Positions 19,056 through 30,653 of a stretch of 64,000 nt of DNA are shown one piece after another (the stretch's first letter is position 1; every line of letters starts with the position of its first letter). A program made the position numbers and the translations under genes. The notes under the pieces were generated by a model. The model worked only from the letters and a program-made list of their open reading frames with translations, was not told where the DNA came from and searched no databases. The stretch lies in assembly GCA_964019335.1 (NCBI GenBank), contig OZ025681.1, positions 62,001-126,000 of the forward strand. Direction: 5' to 3'. Source of the DNA: Diplonema japonicum (lineage: Eukaryota > Protista > Euglenozoa: Diplonemea).

Positions 19056-22000
19056 TCAGCAAAACCTGTTCCTCAAGTCTTGCAGTGCAGCAGACAAATA
19101 AGGCTTCGTGTTCGGCCCTTGGGACAACCAAGCAGCTTCGATGCTAGCGACTACCCTTGTGTTGCTACCCTTGCTCATGTATGAAAGCTCTGAGAGCAAT
19201 GTCAATACAGAGTTGATTTCAGTTGAACTGCGTGCCAGTGCATACATCCACTCCTCATTCGCCACGTCCACGTGTGCACCAGCACGGAAGATGACCTGAT
19301 CGTTCCCTGACCTCCTGTGCTCTGAGCTGAACACAGTGGTTGGAACAGCTTCCACAAAGCCGCTCACCACCTGCGCTACAGAGTTCTCGATTACCACTCC
19401 AGCGTCCAGCGAGCATGCTACATCGGACAGGTACCTCGCAGTCCGCATCACCTTCCCAAGCGCCGTGAACGCCTTCAACGCAAGCGACCCACACGATGCT
19501 ACGGTAGCCTTCCCCGTCGCAACCCCGAGACCAATGCCATGCCCCTCACCTAGGTCTATGCACAGCTTGTCACGCACCATCATCGCGCACTGGCATGCTT
19601 TCATGATGTTCCCAACCAAGTTCGTCGTGATGTTCAGCCCGATGATGCTCTGGTCGCCAGACGTGCTGAGAAGAGCTCCCCTCCCACCACCTTGTGTCAC
19701 CGTGCTCACCGCATCTAAAACTGCGGTCACACCAGCCACAGAGTCACCAGGGTACCAGATAGACACAAGGCTGACGTTCTTCACCGTCGCCTGCATCTTC
19801 ATCTGATTCACTGGTGCCGATACATGATAGTCGCCTGAGGAATTGCCTGTGCGCGAGGATTGTGGCTGCGAGTTCTTCGAGTTGGCTCTTGAGGCTCTTG
19901 AGGCCCTCGACTGCGCGTCGTCGTCCGGAGCATCCGATGAGTCGTCCTTCTGGAAGAGGGAGGCGGGCATGTAGGCCTTGTACTCGTTGAGGATGTCGCA
20001 CATAGCATAGAAGCCAGAGAGCAGGGCGGAGACCTCCAGAAGAATGCTGTCCCTCTTCACCACCTTGTCCATTTCCATGTTCTCCACATGCTTCATGTCC
20101 CGCACAAGGCTGATGAAGGGCTGGGTGATCACAACAGCACATGCAAGAAGGACCACAATTCCAACAGCTGCAAGCATCACAGACAGGTCGATCGCCTCCT
20201 CATATGCATCCTCCGCATCCCCCATGATCACAACGTGTGGTGTGATGTACACCAGTAGCCAGTCAATGCTGCTCGGGTTGAAAGTAGGCTTCTGTATATT
20301 CAGCATTGAGGCATACACCTTCTCACCAGAGGAGTACAGGTACGACCTCTCAGGGTCAATGAGTGATGTGTTCCAGTTCTCGATGCTCGCAAGGGCACCA
20401 GAGACCCACGGGTGTGCCACAGTTTCACCAGCTTCAGCCACAACCCCAGGTCCCATCACCTCCACTCCCACAGGCTGCTGTTGCTCATCGTTGGCGAGAA
20501 GTACCTCCCTCGTCCTTCTGTCGATGAGCACGATCAGTGACCTCGCAGGTACCCGCATGCGTGCAATGTCCTGTTTGATGACCCCCAGGATGCGCTGCAG
20601 GAGGAACGAGTGTGTCACGCTGCTTCTTGTCACAAGGCTCTCGATCGTGCCGTGTACTGAGATCTCCATTGCCAACATGCTCTGCTGCCTGAGCCGCTCC
20701 GAGAGGTCCTCGCTGATGTCGCGGATCGCAGTGTCGTTCCTGGTCACCACCACACCGAGCACCACGGCGAAGGAGGTGAGTGCCACAACCCCAAGCATCA
20801 CGGAGACAGGAACCTTTAACGAACTGTTCTGCTTGCGGAGACTCTGCGCATTCCTCACAATCATGAAGATGATGCCAGCAAGAATCCCAGCAGAGAAGAG
20901 AGAGAGGCACACCATCGCCACCCTCGTGTCCGTCCACTCCTCACGGGAGTAGTCGATGCCAGAGATGTCAACGTCGCCAACCAGCTGGACGAGCTCCTTC
21001 TCCATCAGGGACACAGCCTCCTCGGCGGTACCATCTGTCGAAAGAAAAAAGTCACTGACATGCTTGAAGACGATGTTGATGCAGTCCCCGTACAGTGCCT
21101 TGCACCCAGCACTTGGGCGGTGCACCAGCCTGTCCCAGAACTCTGGGTAGGCCTGCATCGACTTTGCCAGCAGCGGGTTCGCGGTCGTCATATTAGCCCA
21201 AAAGTGAGGCCTCTGCATCACATCCTGCCGGATGGGCTCCCGTCCAGAGTAGTCGAAGTACGAGAAGTGCTCAGACAAGTCGTTCACAAGGTCCATGGCT
21301 GCCTCCTTCAAAGGGGAGTGCTTGTTGACGCCGATGCTCCAGTCCCCAGAGCAGCCTGCCCCGTACTTCCCGGGGACGGGTGCCATTTGGATGTTCCAGT
21401 TATTCTCAACACCTTTCGTTCCCAAGCTGACACTGCTCGAAACCCAGTAGAACAGGACACCAGCCCTCCCCTTTTTGAATTCGTTCTGTGCAACCGAGCC
21501 CTTCTGCCCCCAGAGGCTCGTTGAACCGATGGTACCGACCCAGCGCTTCCACATCGCAATGGTGCGTGCCGCCGCAGGGTTGTTGATCGTCACCTTGCCG
21601 TCCGGTTCCACCACGTTCCCAGCACCCTCGAAGCCAGACATGAGCGTCACGAGCGAGTAGATGATCTCGTTCTGCGAGTTCGAGTCGGTCGGGAGCACCA
21701 CACCGTTGAAGTCGGTGTTCCCATCAGCACGCTCCTTCTCCACGAGGGTCGTCAGGGTCGTCTCGAACTCCTCCCAGGTCGCAGGCCAGGTGAGGTTGTG
21801 CTTGTCGAAGAGGTCCTTGCGGTAGTAGGCCACCATCTGGTTGGTCTGCCTCGTGAGGGTGTAGAGCTTCCCGTTCGGGGAGACATGGATCCGCCACTTC
21901 TTCCTGATGAGGTTGGGGTCCACGTCCAGTTCCACCAGGTCGCGCTGGAGGGTGGTGACCCAAGGGGTGTCCAGGCTCATCACCTCGTAACCTGTCTCCT

Positions 22001-22274
22001 TGTTGTACAACATGTTCTGCAGGAAGGTGAAGTCGTCGTCCGTGTTGTCGTAGCCGAAGAGGTTCTGGATGTTGATGGAGGCCATCTCCGTGTCGGGGTG
22101 CTTCACAGTGAAGTTGGCCGTCACATCGCACCTGTCATTTCGCAGGATCTCCATGATCACGTTGTGCACGTTCAGCGGCCCCTTGCTGCCTGTGGGTCTC
22201 GGGCAATCATATGCCAGAGCCGTTGTGGACAGCAGAAGAACGAGACAGGAAACAGCGTGTTGCTGCATTTGCAT
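19056..22274 (-). CDS. Receptor copy 4 (about 1072 aa); SBP subtype I, ectodomain essentially identical to copy 3
   Basis: The likely start is at 22274 (MQMQQHAVSCLVLLLSTTALA signal peptide). Same motifs as the other copies. Confidence 0.9.
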   Translation of the reverse strand: MQMQQHAVSCLVLLLSTTALAYDCPRPTGSKGPLNVHNVIMEILRNDRCDVTANFTVKHPDTEMASINIQNLFGYDNTDDDFTFLQNMLYNKETGYEVMSLDTPWVTTLQRDLVELDVDPNLIRKKWRIHVSPNGKLYTLTRQTNQMVAYYRKDLFDKHNLTWPATWEEFETTLTTLVEKERADGNTDFNGVVLPTDSNSQNEIIYSLVTLMSGFEGAGNVVEPDGKVTINNPAAARTIAMWKRWVGTIGSTSLWGQKGSVAQNEFKKGRAGVLFYWVSSSVSLGTKGVENNWNIQMAPVPGKYGAGCSGDWSIGVNKHSPLKEAAMDLVNDLSEHFSYFDYSGREPIRQDVMQRPHFWANMTTANPLLAKSMQAYPEFWDRLVHRPSAGCKALYGDCINIVFKHVSDFFLSTDGTAEEAVSLMEKELVQLVGDVDISGIDYSREEWTDTRVAMVCLSLFSAGILAGIIFMIVRNAQSLRKQNSSLKVPVSVMLGVVALTSFAVVLGVVVTRNDTAIRDISEDLSERLRQQSMLAMEISVHGTIESLVTRSSVTHSFLLQRILGVIKQDIARMRVPARSLIVLIDRRTREVLLANDEQQQPVGVEVMGPGVVAEAGETVAHPWVSGALASIENWNTSLIDPERSYLYSSGEKVYASMLNIQKPTFNPSSIDWLLVYITPHVVIMGDAEDAYEEAIDLSVMLAAVGIVVLLACAVVITQPFISLVRDMKHVENMEMDKVVKRDSILLEVSALLSGFYAMCDILNEYKAYMPASLFQKDDSSDAPDDDAQSRASRASRANSKNSQPQSSRTGNSSGDYHVSAPVNQMKMQATVKNVSLVSIWYPGDSVAGVTAVLDAVSTVTQGGGRGALLSTSGDQSIIGLNITTNLVGNIMKACQCAMMVRDKLCIDLGEGHGIGLGVATGKATVASCGSLALKAFTALGKVMRTARYLSDVACSLDAGVVIENSVAQVVSGFVEAVPTTVFSSEHRRSGNDQVIFRAGAHVDVANEEWMYALARSSTEINSVLTLLSELSYMSKGSNTRVVASIEAAWLSQGPNTKPYLSAALQDLRNRFC

Positions 22275-22430
22275 TTTCTTTTTAAAGTATCTGTTGTAGT
22301 TACGCATGTCGCTAAAAAAGAAAGTCAGGGAACGTGTAAAAGCCAAGATACCCATGAGGGAAAGAAGAACAGAACACGTGATCTGTAGTCCCTCATCCGC
22401 CGCAGTGCCCTGGGAAAAAAGAGAAAGAGT

Positions 22431-22720
22431 ATGTGAGACGCCCCTATGTTCTCATCCATCCCTTCAACAGCGGTTTTTGCTTCTTTGGTGGTCATGCAGC
22501 CTCCTCCACAGCTTGACTGCCTTTTCCTCTTTCCATCCTCTGTCCATTGCTCCTTCAACTCTTCTGGGTCGTATTTGGGTTTCTTCGAAGCAGGTAGTGC
22601 TCTCCTGCCCCGCCCGATCATCGCCTTCGCCCCCCCAATGGATCGCAGCTTGTGTACCCCCCGCACGATTCAGCAGGGAAGGTCCTCCTTCGTTTCACCC
22701 TCTTCACGCGAGGGTCCAGC
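22431..22720 (-). mobile_element. Degenerate 3' fragment of retroelement family R1
   Basis: Translates, with a frameshift, to RRTFPAE..HKLRSIGGAKAMIGRGRRA, similar to the 62527 ORF segment RRPFPAD..KSLIAIGGKAAIGFSRRP. It ends in the shared gtgagacgccc..gttctcat motif. Confidence 0.7.
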
Positions 22721-22721
22721 G

Positions 22722-22910
22722 TGCTGAGGTGGACATTTGTTGATGCATAACATCGCTACACGTGGGAACTTTGCACCTTGCACCTGCGGCACATGCTACA
22801 CGGCACACGAACAGCAGAAACCCAATTCAAGCCTTCTCATGTCAACTTCTACCTATTCTTGTTAAAATATGTTCAAAGAAAGAAATGGAGAAGAAAGGTG
22901 AGGGGAGAAA
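22722..22910 (-). pseudogene. Relic 5' end (leader plus signal peptide) of a subtype II receptor copy
   Basis: gtgggaactttgcaccttgcacctgcggcacatgctac..cacgaacagcagaaaccc..catgtcaacttc..tatgttcaaagaaagaa..ggtgaggggagaaa aligns to 28905-29055 with indels and a stop. Confidence 0.8.
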
Positions 22911-23027
22911 TAAAAAAAGCAAAGGGGCCTGATGCACTTGCCGTCAAAGGCGCCTTTCCAGCAAGTCACACCTTGATGTTGACCCTCGAAAGAAATAGAA
23001 AGAAAAAAAAATAGCTGCAAAGTAATT

Positions 23028-23181
23028 GTTGGAATTGGAAACGGAAGAAGAATTAGGGACCCGGCATCATGTAGGCAAAGGTCACCACAATTCAGCTCGT
23101 GATGATCGTTCACCAGAGCTACTGGAGCCACTGGGTTCTCGGTTGTGACGCGAGGTCGTACCCCCTCTCCAACAGGTACCT
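23028..23181 (-). pseudogene. Relic 3' UTR and cyclase-region fragment of a copy 6-like receptor
   Basis: cactgggttctcg.t.gtgacgc..gaggtcgtacccc.tctcc.acaggtacct matches 30978-31037. gaagaagaa..agggaccc..ggcaaaggtc.cc.caat matches the copy 6 downstream flank at 30480-30550. Confidence 0.65.
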
Positions 23182-23869
23182 TATCCCCGCCTCTACAACA
23201 TCACTTAAACGGAACCACTAGGTTTTCTTTTTATCTCATAAGAAAAAAAAGGGCGGGGGGGAAAAATATAACCTTTTCTTTTTCTTCTATATTAACCGTG
23301 AGTGTGGGGGAGAACAAAGAAGGGTGCCACGGAAAAAAAGAAAAAAAGAAAAAAAAAAAAGAAAGGTAATAATCTCGCAAGAGAAACTCCGGTCCTTATA
23401 TAAATGAAAAAACGTTAGCTGGGACAATACTCAGGTTGCAAGCCTGGGGGGTGGGGGGTATATTTTTCAATGGAAGAGAACAAAGACACATCGCAGGAAT
23501 CTTCTGCATGTATGTTTAAGCCCCTTTCTTTTTTTCTTTTTTTTCTTTGAAGAATCCTCCGCAGGGGAGATTTTTGCCCTTTTTTTCTTTTTCAATTTTA
23601 TTGTGTGTTTACGTACTGTAATGGGGGGGGGACTGGGGGGGGAAAAAATCAAAAGAAAAGAAATTAATTTGATCTTTTAACATCAAGGTGACAAGTCGAA
23701 CAACGCTCCAAGTGTACCATAAAGTACAAGGGGTTCTAACCTGTGCGGCACCACCTCTCAGACATGGCGTGCCTGGTCCCCGATTCTCGAGTAGGGTGGG
23801 GGGCATCTTCTTCTTTTACCCCTGTTTTGAAATTGACTTATTCCTGTTTCTCCGCCGACACCGTCACCC

Positions 23870-24298
23870 TGACACAGACTTCCCTGAAATGACTCGCTTA
23901 AGGGGAGGTGTCGTCACGCACCTAGACCCGGCCAAAGGTCTTGCTGCCCCTTTAAAAAACATTCATATCAGGCTTTTTCTTTTGCTGTTTTCCTTTTTTT
24001 GCCCCCTTTTTTCGCTTTCTTTTTACTCGAGCGAAAAAAAAAAAAAGCTAAAAAAAAACACAGCTATTTTTATGCTCTTCCTCTTTCGTTTTTTTCTTTC
24101 TTTTTTTCTTCTTTTGCATCACGATAAGATCATGCTGCTTGTGAAAGGAACATAATAGGGTGGTGCGTCTGCTTAGGACGACAGTTAACCTGCCAAGGCC
24201 ATTTTAACACAGATTTCCCAATGACTCGCGTAAGGAGAGGTGTCGTGAGGCACCTAGACAGAGAAAAAAAAGTCTTGCTGCCCCTTTGTGAAAAAACA
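23870..24298. repeat. Imperfect direct repeat of about 90 bp (23870-23960 and 24206-24298)
   Basis: acacaga.ttccc..aatgactcgc.taagg.gaggtgtcgt...gcacctagac..gtcttgctgcccctt occurs twice. Confidence 0.75.
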
Positions 24299-25785
24299 AT
24301 GATTTTTGTATGGAAAACAATCCCCCCGCAGGAACGAACTGGGTCTATACGAGGGTAACTATCCCTCCAGCCTATTCCAACTATTACGACTAACTTTATC
24401 TATAGGATTGTCAGTGAACAAACGAGAGCAAAATGCCCGCAACCCGAACCCCCCCCCCCCCCCCCCCATTGAATTGACCTGTAGCTGGAGCGCATCTCGT
24501 ATTTTTATTTTATTTATTTTATTTTTCCTTCTTAGGAGTCATATCTTGCAACCTAAAAGTTTCTTCTTTTGGGATCTTTGGTCCCAAGGAAAAAAAAAAG
24601 AGAAAAAAAAAAAAGCCATTTCTTGGGGGCACCACGGGAAAAAAAAAAAAATAAAAAAAAATAAAAAATTACGGGCTTCTGGAAGTGGTGGCCCAGCGCA
24701 TTCGTACAAAAGACACGGGGAAACCTGAAGGGACCGTGGCCGGGAACCTGCGTGTTGTTGGGAAGCAGCCCTCAACGGAGAGTCCCTTACCCAAACATTG
24801 AACAAAGTAGGCCAGTATGCCACCTGGCCTATCCTAAGATCCTAATAAGTAGCATAAACTCTTTTAGGTTGCAAGCATGATAAGGAGTATAAAGAAAACT
24901 AGGGTGCCAAAAAAAAGAAAATAACAGAAAAAAAATAGGGAGAGAGGGAAAAGCTGGTTTGTACGTTCAAAAAACTCGTTCTTTGCAAAAAAAAAAAAAT
25001 ATATATATATATAAAAAAAAAAAAGGAAATAGCTATGTATCACCAAAAAATAATGAGATCCATCTTCTTTCGAATTCTTCTCTTTTTTTTTCTCTTTTCT
25101 TTTCTTTCTCATTTTTGCAATTAACAGTTCTTTTCAAGCAGAAATAAAAATAAAATAAAAAGGGGGCTTGATCTTAGTGAAGATATGACACCCCCCCCCC
25201 CCCCCCCCCCCGGTACTGAAGTACAAATATACCTGACTCACATCAGTACGGTGATCGCGAAAACACGATGATGAAAATCATCAAAAGTCCGCATAGAAAG
25301 TCACCGACTCACCGAGAGGTCGGGACGGGATAGGCGCTATCGGACTGGTCGGTAAATCACATGACAACCTCATGGGTCGTATCACATATCTCATGATTGG
25401 GTGGTTGGCGCGCAATTGTTTGAAGTAGAAGCGTGTAATGTTGAAGCTGTCTAGAAGAAGAGGGAGAACGGTTTGTTTTAGCAAAACACACCGGAAAATG
25501 ATGACTCCAAAAAATATAAAAAATAAAAGAATTGGCGGGTATTTCTTATTATTTCTTTTTGCTTTGTGCGCCATGGCCATATAGTTACAAACTTCTTACC
25601 TAACAAAGGGGTTTGCTTGCAACGCACAGTGCTGCCACAATTCTTTTTCTTTTTGATAACTACTAACTACAGCAACAAATCTTTCTGTTCATCATATAAA
25701 AAAAAAAAGAAAGGACGAAACAAACAGTGAGTGTGTGGGTGGGGTGGGGGGAATCGAAAATATGTTCAATAAAAGAATTTAACAC

Positions 25786-28700
25786 TCAATTAAACCTAGC
25801 TCTCAGCTCTTGCAAGCAGCCATTCAGGTACTCAGGCATCTCGTCACCCAAGACCAGCCAGGCTGCCTCGATGGATGCCACCACACGCCTGTTGGAGCTT
25901 CTAGAAGCACCGTCTGACAGCTCAGATAGAAATGCAATTTGCGAGTTGGCCTCCGCAGCATTGCGTGCCAGTGCATACATCCACTCCTCGTTCTCCGACT
26001 CCATGAAGTCCCCCACACGGAAGATGACCTGGTCGTTCCCCGACCTCTTGTGCTCAGCCCCGAACACGGCCACAGGTGAGATGTCGATGTAGCCATTCAC
26101 CACTTGCGACACTGGGTTCTCGATCGTGACGCAAGTCTTGAGGTCGTACCCCTTCTCCGACAGGTACCTCGCAGTCCGCATCACCTTCCCAAGCGCCGTG
26201 AACGCCTTCAACGCAAGCGACCCACACGATGCTACGGTAGCCTTCCCCGTCGCAACCCCAATCCCTACCTCGTACCCCTCACTTAGCAGATTGTCACGCA
26301 CCATCATCGCGCACTGGCACGCCTTCATGATGTTCCCAACCAAGTTCGTCGTGATGTTCAGCCCGATGATGCTCTGGTCGCCAGACGTGCTGAGAAGAGC
26401 TCCCTTCCCACCACTGCTAGTCACCGTGCTCACCGCATCTAAAATGGCAGTCACACCAGCCACAGAGTCCCCAGGGTACCAGATAGACACAAGGCTGACG
26501 TTCTTCACCGTCGCCTGCATCTTCATCTGATTCATGGGCGCTGATGCATGCTGCTCGCTCGATGAATTCCCAGTTCGCGAGGACTGCGAACGTGTGTGAG
26601 TGTGGGTGCGGGTGTGAGCATGAGAGCTTGCGACCAGAGACACGTCTTCCGCATCATCCGAGGACTCTTCCTTCTGGAAGAGGGAGGCGGGCATGTAGGC
26701 CTTGTACTCGTTGAGGATGTCGCACATGGCATGGAAGCCAGAGAGCAGGGCGGAGACCTCCAGAAGAATGTTGTCCCTCTTCACCACCTTGTCCATTTCC
26801 ATGTTCTCCACATGCTTCATGTCCCGCACAAGGCTGATGAAGGGCTGGGTGATCACAACAGCACATGCAAGAAGGACCACAATTCCAATAGCTGCAAGCA
26901 TCACAGACAGGTCGATCGCCTCCTCATATGCATCCTCCGCATCCCCCATGATCACAACGTGTGGTGTGATGTACACAACCAACCAGTCCACAGTATTGGC
27001 GTCGAAAGTAGACTTCTGAATGTTCAGCATTGAGGCATACACCTTCTCACCACCAGAGGAGTACAAGTACGACCTCTCAGGGTCAATGAGTGATGTGTTC
27101 CAGTTCTCGATGCTCGCAAGGGCACCAGAGACCCACGGGTGTGCCACAGCTTCAGCCACAACCCCAGGTCCCATCACCTCCACTCCCACAGGCTGCTGTT
27201 GCTCATCGTTGGCGAGAAGTACCTCCCTCGTCGTCCTGTCGATGAGCACGATCAGTGACCTCGCAGGTACCTCCATCCGAGAGATGTCTTGTTTGATGTT
27301 CCCAAGAACCTTCTGTAGGAGGAGCGAGGAGGTTACCCGGCTTGCTTTCACCACTGTCTCGATCGTGTTGTGGATGGAGATCTCCATCGAGAGCATTCCT
27401 TGGAGTCGCAAGCGCTCCGAGAGGTCCTCGCTGATGTCGCGGATCGCAGTGTCGTTCCTGGTCACCACCACACCGAGCACCACGGCGAAGGAGGTGAGTG
27501 CCACAACCCCAAGCATCACGGAGACTGGAACCTTAAACGAACTGTTCTTCTTGCGGAGACTCTTTGCATTTCTGATAATTGTCACGATGATGCCAACCAA
27601 CATCCCAGCAGAGAACACTGAGATCCCAAGCATCGCAACCCTTGTGTCCGTCCACTCTTCACGGGTGTAGTCGGCTCCAGAGATGTCAATCAAACCAAGC
27701 AGCACCTTGAGATCTTCTTCCATTGCCGCCACTGTCTGCTCAGCAGTGATGTCTGAAAGGAAGAAGTTCTTTATGTGCTTGAAGATGATAGTGCTGCAGT
27801 CCCCTGTCAGTGCCTTGCAACCAGCACTTGGGCGGTGCACCAGCCTGTCCCAGAACCCTGGGAAGGTCTGCATCGACGTTGCCAGCATTGGGTTCACCTT
27901 CCTCAGGTCGTCCCAGAACCCAGGCCTGTCCATCACATCTTGACGAGCAGGTTCCTTGTCAGAGGTGTCGAAGAATGAGAAGCCTTCCGCATAGTCGGTC
28001 ATCAGGTCCAGAGCCTCCTCAACGAGGGGGGAGTGCTTGTTGATGCCAATGCTCCAGTCGTTGGAGCAGCCAGCCCCATACTTCCCAGGGATCGAAGCCA
28101 TTTGCATGTTCCACCCTTTCTCGTCGCTCACCTTTTGAATGCCGAAGACACTTGAGGACCAATTGATGAGTACAGCAGCCTTCCCGTCCTTGAAGAAGTC
28201 CGAAGCCTTGTTGCCAGTGTACCCATAGAGGTCGGTGGGGGCGATCGTCCCAATCCAGCGCTTCCACATCGCAATGGCCTTCGCAGCCGCAGGGTTGTTG
28301 ACTGTCACGTTCCCGTCCGCCTCCACAATGCTGCCAGCACCCTCGAAGCCAGACATGAGCGTCACAAGCATGAACTCGATAGCAGTCTGCGAAGTGGGGT
28401 CAGTACGAAGGACAACGCCCTCGAAGTCGGTGTTCCCACCAGCATGCTCCTTCTCCACGAGGGTGGCCAGGGTCGTCTCGAACTCCTCCCAGGTCGCAGG
28501 CCAGGTGAGGTTGTGCTTGTCGAAGAGGTCCTTGCGGTAGTAGGCCACCTGCTGGTTGGTCTGCCTCGTGAGGGTGTAGAGCTTCCCGTTCGGGGAGACA
28601 TGGACCCGCCACTTCTTCCTGATGAGGTTGGGGTCCACGTCCAGCTCCACGAGGTTCTCAGCAAGGGTGGTGACCCACACAGTGTTCAGGTCCATCACCT

Positions 28701-28986
28701 CGTAGCTGGCGTCCTTGTTGTCAAGCATGTTCTGCAGGAAGCTGAAATCGTCGTCTCTGTTCGTGCGCCCGAACAGGCTCTTGATGTCCACAGACTCCAT
28801 CCCCACGTCGGGGTGCTTCGCAGAAAAGTTAGCCGTCACCTCGCACACCTTGCGCTCGAGCTTGCTAACGGTGGACCTGTTGATGTGCAGTGTCTTTGCA
28901 CGGCCCGTGGGAACCTTGCACCTTGCTCCTGCAGCACATGCTACAAGATACACGAACAGCAGGAAACTCAATGCAATCCTTCCCAT
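25786..28986 (-). CDS. Receptor copy 5 (1066 aa); SBP subtype II
   Basis: ORF with signal peptide MGRIALSFLLFVYLVACAAG and the same motifs. Confidence 0.93.
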   Translation of the reverse strand: MGRIALSFLLFVYLVACAAGARCKVPTGRAKTLHINRSTVSKLERKVCEVTANFSAKHPDVGMESVDIKSLFGRTNRDDDFSFLQNMLDNKDASYEVMDLNTVWVTTLAENLVELDVDPNLIRKKWRVHVSPNGKLYTLTRQTNQQVAYYRKDLFDKHNLTWPATWEEFETTLATLVEKEHAGGNTDFEGVVLRTDPTSQTAIEFMLVTLMSGFEGAGSIVEADGNVTVNNPAAAKAIAMWKRWIGTIAPTDLYGYTGNKASDFFKDGKAAVLINWSSSVFGIQKVSDEKGWNMQMASIPGKYGAGCSNDWSIGINKHSPLVEEALDLMTDYAEGFSFFDTSDKEPARQDVMDRPGFWDDLRKVNPMLATSMQTFPGFWDRLVHRPSAGCKALTGDCSTIIFKHIKNFFLSDITAEQTVAAMEEDLKVLLGLIDISGADYTREEWTDTRVAMLGISVFSAGMLVGIIVTIIRNAKSLRKKNSSFKVPVSVMLGVVALTSFAVVLGVVVTRNDTAIRDISEDLSERLRLQGMLSMEISIHNTIETVVKASRVTSSLLLQKVLGNIKQDISRMEVPARSLIVLIDRTTREVLLANDEQQQPVGVEVMGPGVVAEAVAHPWVSGALASIENWNTSLIDPERSYLYSSGGEKVYASMLNIQKSTFDANTVDWLVVYITPHVVIMGDAEDAYEEAIDLSVMLAAIGIVVLLACAVVITQPFISLVRDMKHVENMEMDKVVKRDNILLEVSALLSGFHAMCDILNEYKAYMPASLFQKEESSDDAEDVSLVASSHAHTRTHTHTRSQSSRTGNSSSEQHASAPMNQMKMQATVKNVSLVSIWYPGDSVAGVTAILDAVSTVTSSGGKGALLSTSGDQSIIGLNITTNLVGNIMKACQCAMMVRDNLLSEGYEVGIGVATGKATVASCGSLALKAFTALGKVMRTARYLSEKGYDLKTCVTIENPVSQVVNGYIDISPVAVFGAEHKRSGNDQVIFRVGDFMESENEEWMYALARNAAEANSQIAFLSELSDGASRSSNRRVVASIEAAWLVLGDEMPEYLNGCLQELRARFN

Positions 28987-28998
28987 GTCAACTTCCTC

Positions 28999-29055
28999 CT
29001 GTTAGGATTATATGTTCAAAGAAAGAAGCGGAGAAGAAGAAGGTGAGGGGAGAAA
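28999..29055 (-). promoter_or_regulatory. Polypyrimidine tract plus CCTAACAG splice acceptor 12 nt upstream of the ATG (putative spliced-leader trans-splice site)
   Basis: The minus strand reads TCTCCCCTCACCTTCTTCTTCTCCGCTTCTTTCTTTGAACATATAATCCTAACAG|GAGGAAGTTGAC ATG. Comparable acceptors precede most genes here. Confidence 0.5.
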
Positions 29056-30653
29056 CGTAAAAGAGAAAGGGACACGAAACAGATATGTGGGATTGTGAAG
29101 TACCATAGTTGGTGGTGACAGAGGTTTTGAAAAAAGCGACATAGAGAAGAGAGCAAAGGAGAAGAGAGATATAAAAAATAAAAAAAACAAAAAAAAAGAG
29201 TCGGTTGATTGTTGTTTGTGCACAGCCGGGGTTAACCTGTAGAAGGATAAGCCCAACAATGCTACCACTACTCTTTTTAGCAATAACAATTCATTGTCAA
29301 TATTATTGTTTTTCTTGTTCAAGCAAAAAAAAATAAATAAAAAAACACGCAAGATAGTGAACAAGCTCTTCTTAGCGGTGCACAGCGGGGTGTGGTGTGA
29401 AATTGAAAAGTTGAAAAATATTAGTTTTAAACTTGTCGATTTTAGTTTTTCGCTGGAACGGAGAAGCGCGAAGAAACAGAAAAGACGATGTAAAACTTAA
29501 TAAACTTATTAAAAGTAGAATTAATTCTTCTTTTCTCGGCACAAGGGACGAGTTCTTAGTTATCGTTCTCTTGCTCAAATGAGCATTTCTGAATTAAAAA
29601 AAAAAGGGATAGAGATTACGAAAGAAAAAAAAAAACGAGAAAACCGAGGCCTTGCTCGTCTCGTATGAATCGCACCAACCTAAACTGTCATAAACATTTC
29701 TCCCTATATCTTACTACTACTTTGCTCCAAAAAAAACCGATTACGTCTCTTCACCAGAAAAATACCGAAAAATTTAAAAAAAAGGCTCTCAATGACAGGG
29801 TTTTGCTTTTCTTTTTCTTCTTTTCTTTACCTTCTTTTCCCGAGGAGATTTCCCAGGACAAAAAGCTTTAAAACAATTTGCTTGTTTTCTTTTTTTTTTT
29901 TTTTTCTTTGTAGAAAGCTAAAAAATAGAGGGAGGGGAAAAAAAGAATTCATCATTGTAAAAACCCCCCGATATATATCTTTATGACTTTAACAGCCCAA
30001 CATAGCTTGGCGAAGAAAATAGGTGTCTTTTGAGGTGAAAAGACTGCTCAAAACAGCGCGCTTTGTGAGGTTATTTGGTTCAATTTACATTCTATGACGC
30101 ACCGTGAAGTAGAAGTAACTCTTTGCTCGGTACAAGATAAACGGGTTTTAGGAATAAATAAATAAATAAATAAAAGGGCTCCTTCTGTTTCTTTTTTGTG
30201 AAAGAAAGACCTTCTGTTGTAACCTTTGAATTATTAACGACTTCAACCCCCCAAGACTGGAAAAACAAAAAAAAAGAAGAAAAAAAAAAGAAATAAGAAG
30301 CAAAGTGACGAAACAAATAAAAAGAAAACAAAGAAACAAAGTGGCCATCGCTCCTACGCAGCTAGTCATGCGCCTTCACGGGAGGATGTCTGATGCATTT
30401 CTTGTCGCCATAAGGAGAAAAAATAGGGGGGGGGGAATAGCCGACTGTATTTTTTAGAATATTTATGCCTGGATGGAAGAGCAGAAGAAGAAGGGACCCA
30501 GTAACATTACAGTCTGCTTGCCAGATAAGTGGCAAAGGTCGCCGCAATCCAACGCTTCTTCCACAAGTTCTAAAAATAGATTTATTCGAGTCCATTGTTG
30601 TAAACCTTGTTCGTTCTTTTCTTTCTCTTTTCCTCTTATTGGTTGTGCCGACG

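Noticed and set aside
22722-23181. Diversity-generating retroelement template repeat for the receptors
   Set aside because: The fragments differ by indels and mixed substitutions rather than adenine-specific changes, and no reverse transcriptase domain is visible in the window.
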